A stretch of 64,000 bases of DNA, taken from NCBI RefSeq assembly GCF_001194135.2, contig NC_069004.1, positions 22,350,092-22,414,091 of the forward strand, read 5' to 3'. Source of the stretch: Octopus bimaculoides. Its lineage: Eukaryota. Numbering within the stretch: the first letter of the stretch is position 1; the number at the start of each line of letters is the position of its first letter. The translations under genes were made by a program, and so were the position numbers. Of the stretch, positions 1-11,350 are shown piece after piece. The notes beneath the pieces are model-generated. The model had not been told where the DNA came from. It saw only the letters and a program-made list of their open reading frames with translations, and made no database searches.

Positions 1-41
<41 letters not shown>

Positions 42-78
42 CATATATACATATATACATACATACATATATATATAT
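1..78. repeat. (TA)n/(TACA)n microsatellite
   Basis: Directly visible dinucleotide run. Similar TA/CA/TG runs recur throughout, e.g. 1643-1711, 44424-44475, 56590-56688. Confidence 0.95.
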
Positions 79-560
79 TTTTTTTTTTACATTGAAAGAA
101 AAATGACAACGTTATTCAAAAGAAGGTTTGCATTTTTGAGCTCAGAGCTTAGAAAAGTAAAAGGAGGATACAGGAGACAGTCGAAAAAGCTAACTTCTAT
201 ATATGGCTGAAGTGAGAAGACCATAAATGGCTTGAAAGTCATAACATGCTGGCTGGGAAATAGCATTACTAGATGAGACTGGCTGAGACTTAAGCAGCAT
301 CTCTGATTGACAGGTAGAGGTTTCATTCATGGTGCCCCCTCCTCCTGGTTGGAAGGCTTATACCACCAAACAGCTGGTTGGCTCTGGCTGCTGGAACTGA
401 AACTAACTGTTGGAAGGCAGGTTTAGGGAAGGTGCGGGTTAAGAATACCTGTACTTCTCCTCCATTTGTCAGTTGAAGTTTAGACAGTGTCACATGACAA
501 CTAGCTGGTGCTGGTTGCTGGAGCCTAGCAGCGAGTATTTAAAGGGAAATTTGGCAGGAT
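79..560 (-). mobile_element. Possible 3' end/UTR of a non-LTR retroelement (L1/Tx1-like) ending in poly(A)
   Basis: The minus strand ends ...ctttcaatgtAAAAAAAAAA directly against the (TA)n run. No coding motif recognised, so the clade is a guess. Confidence 0.3.
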
Positions 561-588
561 GGTCAGTTACCCACTGACACTCATTGAT

Positions 589-822
589 CTCATTTCAATA
601 CTGCCCACTAGGGGTTACACACAGAGGGGACAAACAAGGACAGACAAACGAATTAAGTCGATTATATCGACCCCAGTGTTTAAATGGTACTTATTTAATC
701 GACCCCAAAAGGATGAAAAGCAAAGTCGACCTCGGCGGAATTTGAACTCAGAATGTAGCGGCAGACGAAATACTGCTAAGCATTTCGCCCGGCATGCTAA
801 CGTTTCTGCCAGCTCGCCGCCT
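589..822 (-). mobile_element. tRNA-derived SINE, family A, full length with 14-bp TSD
   Basis: Minus head aaggcggcgagctggcagaa...GAGTTCAAATTCC (B box). Perfect direct repeat tgacactcattgat at 575-588 and 823-836. Other copies at about 3885-4030(-), 4600-4800(+), 25876-26050(-), 32040-32190(-), 35590-35690(+), 38865-39260(-, two), 45995-46190(-), 46385-46530(-). Confidence 0.88.
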
Positions 823-855
823 TGACACTCATTGATGCTGCATCGAAGAGGCCAG

Positions 856-1642
856 NNNNNNNNNNNNNNNNNNNNNNNNNNNNNNNNNNNNNNNNNNNNN
901 NNNNNNNNNNNNNNNNNNNNNNNNNNNNNNNNNNNNNNNNNNNNNNNNNNNNNNNNNNNNNNNNNNNNNNNNNNNNNNNNNNNNNNNNNNNNNNNNNNNN
1001 NNNNNNNNNNNNNNNNNNNNNNNNNNNNNNNNNNNNNNNNNNNNNNNNNNNNNNNNNNNNNNNNNNNNNNNNNNNNNNNNNNNNNNNNNNNNNNNNNNNN
1101 NNNNNNNNNNNNNNNNNNNNNNNNNNNNNNNNNNNNNNNNNNNNNNNNNNNNNNNNNNNNNNNNNNNNNNNNNNNNNNNNNNNNNNNNNNNNNNNNNNNN
1201 NNNNNNNNNNNNNNNNNNNNNNNNNNNNNNNNNNNNNNNNNNNNNNNNNNNNNNNNNNNNNNNNNNNNNNNNNNNNNNNNNNNNNNNNNNNNNNNNNNNN
1301 NNNNNNNNNNNNNNNNNNNNNNNNNNNNNNNNNNNNNNNNNNNNNNNNNNNNNNNNNNNNNNNNNNNNNNNNNNNNNNNNNNNNNNNNNNNNNNNNNNNN
1401 NNNNNNNNNNNNNNNNNNNNNNNNNNNNNNNNNNNNNNNNNNNNNNNNNNNNNNNNNNNNNNNNNNNNNNNNNNNNNNNNNNNNNNNNNNNNNNNNNNNN
1501 NNNNNNNNNNNNNNNNNNNNNNNNNNNNNNNNNNNNNNNNNNNNNNNNNNNNNNNNNNNNNNNNNNNNNNNNNNNNNNNNNNNNNNNNNNNNNNNNNNNN
1601 NNNNNNNNNNNNNNNNNNNNNNNNNNNNNNNNNNNNNNNNNN
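856..1642. other. Assembly gap (N run)
   Basis: Other gaps: 17691-17969, 27858-27867, 28918-29315, 32553-32837, 60857-61609, 62805-62904, 63784-63889. Most abut microsatellites or repeats. Confidence 0.99.
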
Positions 1643-1702
<60 letters not shown>

Positions 1703-1712
1703 TGTGTGTGTA

Positions 1713-1797
1713 GCCCACAACCTACAAGACCTCTTGGTCCACAGCTTCTTCCCTAACCCAATCTCCCAACCTGGCTCATTCCCCTGCTCCTGAGACA
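1713..1797 (+). mobile_element. Penelope-like element fragment (linker upstream of GIY-YIG)
   Basis: Translates HNLQDLLVHSFFPNPISQPGSFPCS, resembling the PLE 'NLRDLLVHS...GTFPC' motif. Confidence 0.45.
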
Positions 1798-1804
1798 CCA
1801 TATT

Positions 1805-3150
1805 TCAATTTGCAATTTGGATTTATCTCTAACTCCAGCTGCTGTGATCTACTTATTGAGTTTCTTGAAGACATCATCCAGATCACTGATGGCAGCTCAT
1901 GGGTGGATGTTGTTTACCTTGACTTTGCTAAAGCTTTTAATTCTGTGCCACACAAAAGACTTATGGCAAAACTCTCTGCAATGGGTGAAAGACAATCTTT
2001 TTAACTGGTTGGAGTCCGTCATTCTCAGCTGAAAAGAGATAGTTATGGTTCTAGGACAGCATTTTTCACCCTATGAGATGTCATCTGGTGTACTGCAGGG
2101 ATCTGTTCTTGGTCCCCTATTGTTTGTTGCATACATTAATGATATAGATGCAAATTTAAAGAATGCCACAATACCAAAATATGCAGATGACATCAGGCTG
2201 TACCTTGAGATAAAAGGGACAGATTCTGAATTTTGTAGGTCTTTCCTGCAATCGGACCTGGACACAATTCAGCAATGGATCATGGACTGACAACTCAAGC
2301 TGGCTGTGGACAAGTGTACCACCATGCATTTTGGGAGAAAAAAACCCAGTGTCTACATACTCCCTTCACAACACTAATATCAATAAGTCTTTTTGTGAAA
2401 ATGACCTGGGCATTACTGTCAGCAGCAATTTGCGCTGGACAAAGCGCATTTCTAAAATTGTCAAGAAGGCCAAGGGTGTCTTGGCATCACTCAGCAAGAC
2501 CTTTGTCAGCCACTCTCCAACTATCTATTTAAAGCTGTATATGGCTATGGTGTGGCCAAACTTGGAATTTGCATCACCAGTCTGGAAACCCTATCTTGCT
2601 CAGAAACTGCTCTGGAAACTGTTCAGAGACATGTAATCAAGTGAATACCCTCCATCAGGCATCTACCATGCTCTGAACACTTGCTTCCCTGTACATGGAT
2701 ACATTGAAGCTCCAACATCTGGCAACTGACTTGGTAAACGCCCACAAAATTATTAACCATCGTGCCAACAACAACCTTGGGCACCTTTTTGAGCACCTTT
2801 CCATGTGTCTAACACACATGGGCATACCTACAAAGTCAGAAAACTGCACAGCTCCCATGACTTTCAGAAACATTTTTTCACACTCAGAGTTGCTGAAGCA
2901 TGGAACAAATTACCTGCATCGGTTGGTAGCTGCTGAGATATTGCACCTTTTAAAACTTCAATGCTTCCTGAAGTTTGCCAACACTACACCTGATATCTCC
3001 CCCTCCGTACACATGGACACATGTATATCATGACTCATACACTGTTCACTTTCCTGACATTATATATAATTCTATGTACTATACATGCACCTTTGATAAG
3101 TTGTAATGCGCCTGAACACTGTACACAATAATTTCATTATTATTATCATC
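1805..3150 (+). mobile_element. 5'-truncated CR1-type LINE, decayed RT plus 3' tail
   Basis: Frameshifted RT motifs VDVVYLDFAKAFNSVPHKRL, SGVLQGSVLGPLLF, KYADDIRLY, ENDLGITVSSNLRW, LEFASPVWKPY. (ATT)n tail near 3137. Confidence 0.92.
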
Positions 3151-3269
3151 AATAATATTAATACGCTAACTTTTTGTTTTTGTACATACCTGATGTGTGT
3201 GTCACACTTACTTCAATGAAGTAGCAATGTGGGAGAGAGGAGGACAGAGAGGAAGTAAGGGAGAAAGAG

Positions 3270-3560
3270 AGAGTGAGAGAGAAAGAGAGTGAAAGAGACA
3301 GTGAGTGGTGATGGCATTCGCTTTGAGTTTTTAAATGTTTCAGAGAAGAATTAAGAGAGAAAGAGAGAAAGAGTGAAAGAGAGAGAGAGTGAAAGAGACA
3401 GTGAGTGGTGATGGTATTCATTTTGTGCTTTTAAATGTTTCAGAGAGGACATAAGAGAGAAAGAAAGAGAGTGAGAGAGATTAAAAGTGAGAGAGAAAGA
3501 GAGAGAGAGTGAAAAAGACAGTGAGTGGTGACAGTGTTCGTTTTGTGATACATAGATACA
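3270..3560. repeat. Degenerate GA-rich tandem repeat, 3 units of ~100-120 bp
   Basis: Anchor gtgaaa(g/a)agacagtgagtggtga at 3289, 3389 and 3509. Confidence 0.85.
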
Positions 3561-3689
3561 TATACACATTGTTAAATCAAAAGCAGGAGAGAAGAGGGAT
3601 ACAAAGGAAGTGAAAGAGAAAGAGAGAAAGTGAGAGAGACAGTAGAAACATAAATCAAAAGAAAAGTTCATACATAAATACATAGACAC

Positions 3690-3845
3690 AGCAAGTACTG
3701 GACGTCAGTTTCACTTTTCATTACCACACAAGGATAAAATTAACTCACAAATGGCTAAGTACTCCACAGACATGCATAACATTAACGTAGTTCTCAGGGA
3801 GATTCAGCCTCACACAGAATATGACAAGGCTGGCACCATTGGTGT
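3690..3845 (-). mobile_element. tRNA-derived SINE, family C (partial)
   Basis: Shares ccttgtcacattctgtgt...gaatctccctgagaactacgttaa with longer copies at 40490-40810(-) and 58105-58410(+). Confidence 0.75.
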
Positions 3846-4997
3846 TATATTACTTTCTATATTCTGTAACTGTCACAATATACTTTTCTAGGCCTGAAAT
3901 TTTTGTGGGAGAGGGCCAGTTGATTAGATCGACCTCAGTACACAACTGGCACTTAATTTATCGACCCCGAAAGGACGAAAGGCAAAGCTGACCTCAGCAG
4001 AATTTGAACTCCGAATGTAAAGACAGGCAGTCATAATATACAAACATTTCTCATGGCACCAGTACACTGTTTACAGATGCTTACACTTTTTATGTTTTCT
4101 GTGAATTTTTCATAGGTCCAGCTAGTTATCATTATTACACCAATCTGGATTTATGCTATGATGTAATCCATGAATGCATCAATAAAATGCTACCGATACA
4201 ACTGTAGTAAATTTTAAACTCTACTTGAGTTCTTCTCTTATACATACACCACATCTGGAATTGAGCCAAACTCAGATCTATGGTTTATATTCAATTAGGC
4301 ATTTATTTATATACATACCTGTAGTACAGCAATATTGAGGTGGATCTGAAATTGAAGCACATATTTGTGTTTTGTTTCCTGACACAAACAAGACTAGCAA
4401 TTGAAAGAGTTATACAACCATGGGTAACGCAAGTAAGATTCCTCTGCTATATGGAACCACCAATTCTTTGAGTTTTCAGACCTTTCATTTTAGTATTTGA
4501 TGGACAATTCAGGTTTTCAGAATTGCAGGCAATGCTTCTGGTACTGACCACCATTCACTTATATTCCCAATCATCAGTGTTTATATTCTAATACTTATGA
4601 AGGTAGCAAGCTGGTAGAATTGTTAACATGCTGGGTGAATTGCTTAGCAGCATTTTGTCCATCGCAACATTCTGAATTCAAATTCTGTCGAGGTCGACTT
4701 TACCCTTCATTCTTTTGGGGTCGATAAAATAAGTACTAGTTGAGCACTGGGGCTGATGTAATTGACATAAATTGCTGGCCTTGTGCCAAAATTTGAAACC
4801 AGTATTCTAAGACTTAAGGTATTTGGTTTTCTTGTCTTTACCTTGTGTGTATGTATGTGTGTGTGTGAGGGAGAGGGAGAGAGATCATGAAACATTTTTT
4901 ACCAAGAACTAAATCACCATAAAATAATCACTTCCAAAAGCCTGAAATCACCAAGAATAATATTTGATAAGGTGAGATTCTATTCTGAAGCAGCTCA

Positions 4998-5080
4998 CTA
5001 TTTCCAACTGTTTTGTGTTAAGTATAAATTATTTCCAATTCCTGAAGTTCTATTGTCAGAATCTTTCACCAGTGAAAATC
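4998..5080 (-). CDS. Candidate terminal coding exon of an unidentified minus-strand gene
   Basis: Acceptor ttctctttgaatttttcaag. Open frame (G)FSLVKDSDNRTSGIGNNLYLTQNSWK*. A phase-compatible open stretch lies upstream at ~5987-6137. No homology recognised. Confidence 0.2.
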
Positions 5081-5279
5081 CTTGAAAAATTCAAAGAGAA
5101 CCATTAAGATACTAATAAAACAGAGCAGGGCCTGTGGCAAACCTAACCACAAATTCAGAGTAAGAATATATCACAATAACATTGGGATGCACAATATTAT
5201 CAACATGAAACCACAAACTATAAAATTGCAAAATACACATGAAGCAAACAATGTGTATATATCAATGTAAACTAGTCTG

Positions 5280-5735
5280 AGAGCACCCTTAGTTCTATGT
5301 TACAAGCTTCCTCTTTAAAAGATTTTTGAATTAAAACTTTCCACCAAAATACCATGTTAATTTTTGATCCAAACACCAGCTTAATTATGACAAACTTATT
5401 TTGATAAATTCTTTATTAACTTCAAAATTAATTGAAATAAAGTCGGTGTATTTCAGCAGAAATATCCTAGTCATATGATTTAGCTTCTAGATCTTTCCAT
5501 TATGTTTGTCTTAACCATTCTGATACCATCTCCCTAGGACAGTCCTCTAGTTCTGTGTTACAATATTCTTGTTTTAAAGTACTTTAGATTAAAACCTCCT
5601 ATGAAAATATCATGTTAACTTATGATCCAAACACCAGCTTAATAATGATAAAGTTATTTTCCTAAATTCTTCATTAATTTCAAAATTAATTGACACAAAG
5701 ACAATGTATTTCAACAGGAATATAATAACTAAAGG
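5280..5735. mobile_element. Two tandem copies of an AT-rich MITE-like repeat
   Basis: Shared core catgttaa..tgatccaaacaccagcttaat..aaaattaattga at ~5350-5440 and ~5610-5695. A diverged reverse-orientation relative lies at ~53900-54150. Confidence 0.55.
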
Positions 5736-6339
5736 CTATTATATCAAATAGACAAATATATTTTCATGTCAGTTCACTATTTATTTACAAGACATTATTG
5801 TAACTCATTATAATGCAGTACACAAAATAAGATTGAATAGAAAAACATTAGTTGACAACACCATAATTTTTATGTAAAACTTGTTTAAAATGTGATCAAT
5901 AAGCATAGAAGTTTTATTAATAGTAAGATGCAAACCCAATTAAATACAAAGCTACATCACATAAAAAATATAACATGAAATCTACCAGGATTCACTATTA
6001 TATAATTTTAAATCTGATACTGAAGATTTTAACAATTGCAAAATTACTCTCAAGATCCTTTGCCAATGGGCAGACTGTGTCTCATTACAACAGTTTAATT
6101 TGCAAAAAGACTGTTGTGAAAATCTCAAAATATCAGATCTAGGAACATTATTATTGTTCCAAATTAAACAAAGGACTAATAAGGAAATATGAAAGATCCT
6201 AAATAAAGAAGATCAAACATCAATACAGATCAAGTTTTTAGTATAACATTTTCGAAAGAAAATCTGTTCCCTATTTATATAAATATAAATTTATATGACA
6301 AAATAGCAAAAAGGCACATTTTACATCAGAATTTCAGGA

Positions 6340-6790
6340 AAAATTGATTGGATGGCCAAGAAACAGTTTTTCCATACATCATCCTGTGATGCACCTGGAT
6401 GCATCATCAGTGTTTTCTGAGGTCATTGTGTGGTTTGGCTCTTTCAACAATCAGACACCTTCATCCAAGTAATCCAGCCCCATCCTTATTCATACTATCC
6501 CCTTCAGGGCTCACATCCCCTGATCCATATTCACCTTGAAGCAACCTCTACTGCTTCCATAGCTGGCAGAAACCTGACTCTCCTTTCAAAGTTCTTCCCA
6601 GTAGATATTGGGCCTCATATGCAAACAATAATCAAAGAATCTATGAGAGGATGCCATGCTCATAAATCTTTGTCTTAAATTTACCAGGGACACTTGGCTT
6701 TTCTAGAGTTGATAGCCAGGCTTACAATTCTTGGTTGGTACAGACAGCTGCTGTGGCTATCTCTAGTCGCCTTTCCCAGTGACACAAGAG
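6340..6790 (-). mobile_element. Decayed RTE-like LINE 3' coding fragment
   Basis: Weak, frameshifted similarity to the RTE RT C-terminus (NIYWEE...). Confidence 0.4.
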
Positions 6791-6809
6791 AGAGAAACAT
6801 TGTCTGCAG

Positions 6810-7056
6810 CAGTGCTTTTCAACCATTTTTCATCTTATGGACCCCTTTGATTCTTTTTACTCAGATTGAGCCTCATAGCCATTCGATGCTTTAAAAATCT
6901 CATATGTGTAGAATTAAATATTATTAGGAACTGTATAAAAAAATTTGGTGTAGTGTGGAAGTATAACCAGTCTATTGCATATAAATTTTAACAACAAAAA
7001 AAAAAAAACTCATATGGACCTCCAAGGGTCATGTGGACCTTAGTTGAGAACCATTG
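6810..7056. mobile_element. hAT (Charlie-like) MITE
   Basis: TIRs cagtgcttttcaac / gttgagaaccattg. 8-bp TSD gtctgcag / gtctacag (7/8 match). Confidence 0.82.
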
Positions 7057-7164
7057 GTCTACAGTAATTTCTCAGTTAAAAATGATATTGAAAATGCTGT
7101 GAATAATATAAATTTATTCAAGAACATTTCCTCAGCTATGGATAATTTCAAACTTTGTATAATA

Positions 7165-7300
7165 GGAGTGAAGACTGTTTGCCAACATAACATCACAGTC
7201 CTGGTTTAGGATGAATGTTGCTGAAATTTAGCCCCAGGAGACAGCTGGCTGTATGACATGATCTGTGTCCTTATATTTTCGAACACCCCTACTCAGCTCA
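7165..7300. repeat. Repeat family 'G' core, copy 1 (copy 2 at ~9268-9390; diverged relative at ~18060-18180)
   Basis: ggagt(g/a)aagactgttt..cagtcctggtttagga..ccaggagaca..gacatgatctgtgtccttatatt is shared by the two copies. Confidence 0.85.
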
Positions 7301-7302
7301 AA

Positions 7303-7362
7303 ACAATATCTGTGTATCATGATTTCCGGGTTATTTCCCTTCATCAGCACAGAATAATTGTT
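7303..7362 (-). ncRNA. Minimal type-I hammerhead ribozyme (dimer-type, palindromic stem III)
   Basis: Minus strand reads TCTGTG-CTGATGA-A-GGG-AAATAA-CCC-G-GAAA-TCATGA-T-A-CACAGA. Stem I has 6 perfect bp and is extendable with bulges. Both core motifs are intact, stem III is the palindrome ATCATGAT, and the cleavage triplet is AUA at 7317-7315. Confidence 0.72.
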
Positions 7363-7370
7363 CAGCTAGA

Positions 7371-9127
7371 GGTTAATTTTTTATTACAGGCACAAGGCCT
7401 AATTACAGAGGGGACATACAAAGACATGCGGGAACATAAAACATATGAAGGATGATTGTGAAATGAATAAAATTACAATGCAAATGAGACAGCCATCTCA
7501 CTCCCACTGCGAGATGAAGCCATGGAGTCCTTTTCCTTAAACCTTTACATTTTACATAACTTCTAGCCTCGCTCCAAGGCGAAACCGCAACTTCTCTCTT
7601 CGCTTTTACCCAACAATTATAAACCTTTTAAACAAATGTTCATACAGGACTTAAATATTTCTTTTCCTTTTTAAACTAAAAGTCACCCAAATGTTTATTA
7701 CAGTATTTAACAAAAAAATCTTTTAGAAAACCTGTTCATTCAGCAATTTCAAAAATTTACTTTTTTTTTCTTTTTCCATGAAAGTCCAAATAATTTTTTC
7801 TCAGTTACAGTCTTTACAAAATTATAATGACTTACCACTTCTGTCTCTCTCAATGTCTTTCAATTCTGCAATCCTTTTAAGTTGGGTTGTTCTATCTCAC
7901 TATAAGTTTTCTTTTTGTTTGTGTCTTTCTTGTTGTCTCTTTTTGTTTCTATTTTCCTGCTGTTTTGTGTGTTCTTGTATTTTCGTCTCTAAGTCTGTGT
8001 GTTTGTGTATTTGTGTGTCTGTGTGTTCGTTTGACTGTAACTCTATGTGTTTTGTCTTTGTGTCTCTGTTTTTAGGTTTCTGTAATTCTGGGTTGTCTCA
8101 TTTCTGGTCTGAATGACTCTCTACTTTAAATTCCTTTGCTGGTACTTCCTCTGGTAAATTTTCTCCATTTCTCGTCGTGGGTTGAGTTTCTTCTTCCATT
8201 CCTTTACTCTTCTTCAATTCCACTGACATCGATGACTTTCTTCTTTCTCTTTTCCTGGGTTTTACCTCCGCAAAATCCCCATCCTGTTCTGTTTTCTGTT
8301 TCTGCTTTTTTTCTACCACCATATTTTCCTGAACACTCTCTTCCACCATTTCCAGTGCTGCATCCGTAACATTTTGGGGGTCTCCCCTCCGACATCATTT
8401 CCAGTTTTTCACCGTTTGGCAATTCCAAAGTTTCTGCCATTTCATCGTAATATTTTGGGCTTATTGCACAGATTATTTCAATACCATACCCCACCAATTC
8501 AATTGTTGTGTTCTGCTAACTATGCCAATCCTCAGGTTTTCTCCATTCTTCCTCAGCTCAGAATTAAAAGTTGTGGCTATTACCCATTCTGGGTCTATCG
8601 ACGGTGGGATTCTTCTCACCCTCACCCTGACGATTCTTTTGCCCCAACAGTTCGGCATCAAGGTCCATTTTACTCTGTTAACATTGTGTTGCTGGATTTT
8701 TTGCCTCCTCTTCTGAAAGGAAGGTTACTGCTATAGTTCCGTATCTTCTTCCTCTTGTAAAAAGCGTTATCTTTTCTCCCATGTTCACCACCAACATTTC
8801 CTCTATCTCCTCCTGCGGCGCGTGTTCTATTCTCCCATTTTCATTTGAAAATGTTCTGAATATTACCGTCTTGCTTTCCATTTTTCTTTTTTCCTCCTCT
8901 GGCAGGGTCATTTTTATGTTTGACCCTTCTTTTTTTACATTCTCACAATATTTAGTTATCTTCTCTTCATTCCACTCCACCATCTCCAGCTTCAGCACTG
9001 GGTCTATGGTATCTCGACCTCCAGTAGCTTCTGCGTAACTTTTCATTTTTTCAATTGTTTCACTACCACTCAACGATGGTGGCTTCGCATGAAAAAATTC
9101 CGCTTAGTATTCTTCAATAAACATCAA
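7371..9127 (-). mobile_element. Tx1/L1-clade element encoding only a decayed ORF1 (HAL1-like), with 15-bp TSD
   Basis: Perfect TSD aattgttcagctaga at 7356-7370 and 9128-9142. ORF1 fragments MKSYAEATGG...RRYGTIAVTF, RIVRVRVRRIPP and GRPPKCYGC (knuckle remnant), then a K/E/Q-rich tail. The 3' end carries AATAAA plus an A-rich tail. No endonuclease or RT motifs seen. Confidence 0.8.
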
Positions 9128-9884
9128 AATTGTTCAGCTAGATGTGGCACTGCTAAATTCCCGTTCGAAATATATAGTTTTCAAAGTGACATGTAGTCAC
9201 TGACCTATAAATTAGAAAATTACTACTTTTAAATCTCACAATGAGAGACATTCAGCAACAGTACTTTGGAGTAAAGACTGTTTGCCAACATAGCATGGCA
9301 GTCCTGGTTTAGGACTAATGTTATTGTAATTTAGTCCCAGGAGACATCATCTCCAGCTGGCTATACGACATGATCTGTGTCCTTATATTCAGACTTTGTT
9401 CACATGTTATATAAAGAACAACATATATGGAAGTTTAGCAGACTAGTATGATATTACTGCTTATATATGATATTTAATTTCTTGACTTGTCAATATGCAA
9501 GCTCAGCCCTAATGTCTTGAATAAGGATCCTAACTTTCACCTCAAACAGAAATATGATGGAAAAAAAAAGTATTGAACTTAAATTCCTCTACACCAGACT
9601 ATTAGATATAACAGTACCAATCAAACTGAGGACAAATTCTGAGATCTATTTAAGTGTGAAGCCAACAACAAAATATAAACAAAACAAAACTGTACTTAAT
9701 AAGATCCTCAAGCTAGTTCTTGTTTTTCCTCTGACTAGGAAACCAAGTATCTCCTTTACATCAGCACACTTGTTTCTGGCCTCTTTTCTGGTACCCACCT
9801 CTCTCTCTCACTAGGTAACCATGTACCTCCTCTATAGCAAGACACCTGCTTATCTCTTTGTCTCTTTGTCACACTTCTAAACTT

Positions 9885-10212
9885 TCATCTTCTGACACAA
9901 GTTCCCCTCCTCAAATGCCCCTGTCCCCTCCCATAATTCCTTGTCTTGCGAGTTACTTGGTTATCCTGCCAGTGCTGGTGCCACGTTAAAAGCATCCAGT
10001 CCACACTGTAATGTGGTTGGCATTGGGAAGGACATCCAACTGTAAAAATCATGTCAAACCTAACCTTGCTCTGTGGGGTGGTTGATGTTAGGAAGGGCAT
10101 CCAGCCAAAAATCCCTGCTAAAATAGACACAGTAGCCTACCTGGCTGGCTCCTGTCAACCGTCCTACGCATGCATGCATGGAAGATGGACGTTAAATGAT
10201 GATGATGATGAT
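9885..10212 (+). mobile_element. RTE-derived 3'-tail element (SINE-like) with (GAT)n tail
   Basis: ggaagggcatccagc...catgcatggaagatggacgttaaatgatgatg. Related copies at about 14738-14935(-), 24325-24570(+), 30625-30840(-), 32225-32552(-), 41207-41300(-), 44480-44615(-), 48040-48265(+), 48535-48645(+), 51300-51640(-). Confidence 0.85.
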
Positions 10213-10394
10213 GAAAAATGATCAGCAATATGTTTGTTAATGTGGAAAAATCCAAATAGATCATGGAAAACATACTTGAAGATGACAAGAAATTCACCAA
10301 AATTAAGCAAAATAACACTAATAATATTACTCAAAATTAAACTGGAAAAATGATTTTGTGACACTAACATTCAAACAGGATGTGTCTGCTTATA

Positions 10395-11349
10395 GAGGCA
10401 TTATTGTTCCAAAACAAACATAAAGGACTGATAATGAAATAGAAAAAAATTCACTAGAATGTTCCTCATGCCATTCAGTAACAACTTTAGCTGTATGAAT
10501 TGGTGCATTATCATTCTGAAAGATTGTGTTTCCCTCTGGAAAGAGTTCCGCAACCATAAGATGAATTTGATTAGATAAAATGTCTTGACTATTAATTCTG
10601 CCATGAAGGGAAACCAGATCATCACAAATCCTCCTCCATGTTTAACAGTTGGAAGAAGGCAGTCTGGGTTAAATACTTCTTTTGGCTGTTCCACACGCAC
10701 ACTTGACTGGTGGTCAGAAGGATGACTTATCCGAGAAAATAACATTCTTCCACTGCTCTAGGACCAATTCTGTAGGTTTTCACTCCACTCTAAATGCTTT
10801 GCAACGTTTGTTTTTGAAAGTAGTGGTTTTCTGATTGTAGCCCTCCCATGAAATCTGGCTTTGTGCAGCTCCTGGCAAACAGTTTTTGTGAAACTGGATT
10901 CTTGAGGTGGTCATTAAGCTTTGCAGTAATTTTGGGAGCTGTACTACTGTGATCCTTTCTAACAATTCTCGAAAGAGTCCGACGGTCCCTTTCTGAAAGT
11001 TTTAGTTTTGTTTTGATGGAGGTTTTCCCCTCTTTCTCAAAGGCTGTCATTACTTTTGAGACTGTACTTCTTGATACACCAAACATTTTGGCTGATTTTG
11101 TTATGCTAGCACCTGCTATATGGGCACCAACAATTTGACCTCTTTGAAAGTTCGATAGATCTGTCATTTTAATTACCTTTTTCTGATGATATCTGAAAAG
11201 AAACGGCAATTTTAGCAAAACATATTAAGCAATGCTAATAATAAATAAAAAAGAAAACATAAAAATAAACAAGCTTTTGACAGTTTTATAGATATTTCAA
11301 AATTATGATGCTATGATGCTAGGTGTTTCCATTATTTTGTCCAACCCCT
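10395..11349 (-). mobile_element. Tc1-family transposon relic, one TIR retained
   Basis: TIR aggggttggacaaaataatggaaacacc at 11322-11349. Transposase MTDLSNFQRGQIVGA...LSERDRRTLSRIVRK and LLPTVKHGGGFVMIW. The left end is lost. Confidence 0.92.
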
Positions 11350-11350
11350 T

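Noticed and set aside
615-1801. Long ORFs spanning N-runs (also near 17.4-18.0, 28.8-29.3, 32.5-32.9 and 60.7-61.7 kb)
   Set aside because: Artefacts of untranslatable Ns and dinucleotide repeats (HTHT, YIYI, CVCV).
4115-4210. Plus-strand terminal exon candidate GPASYHYYTNLDLCYDVIHECINKMLPIQL*
   Set aside because: The acceptor is plausible, but no partner exon or homology is recognisable.
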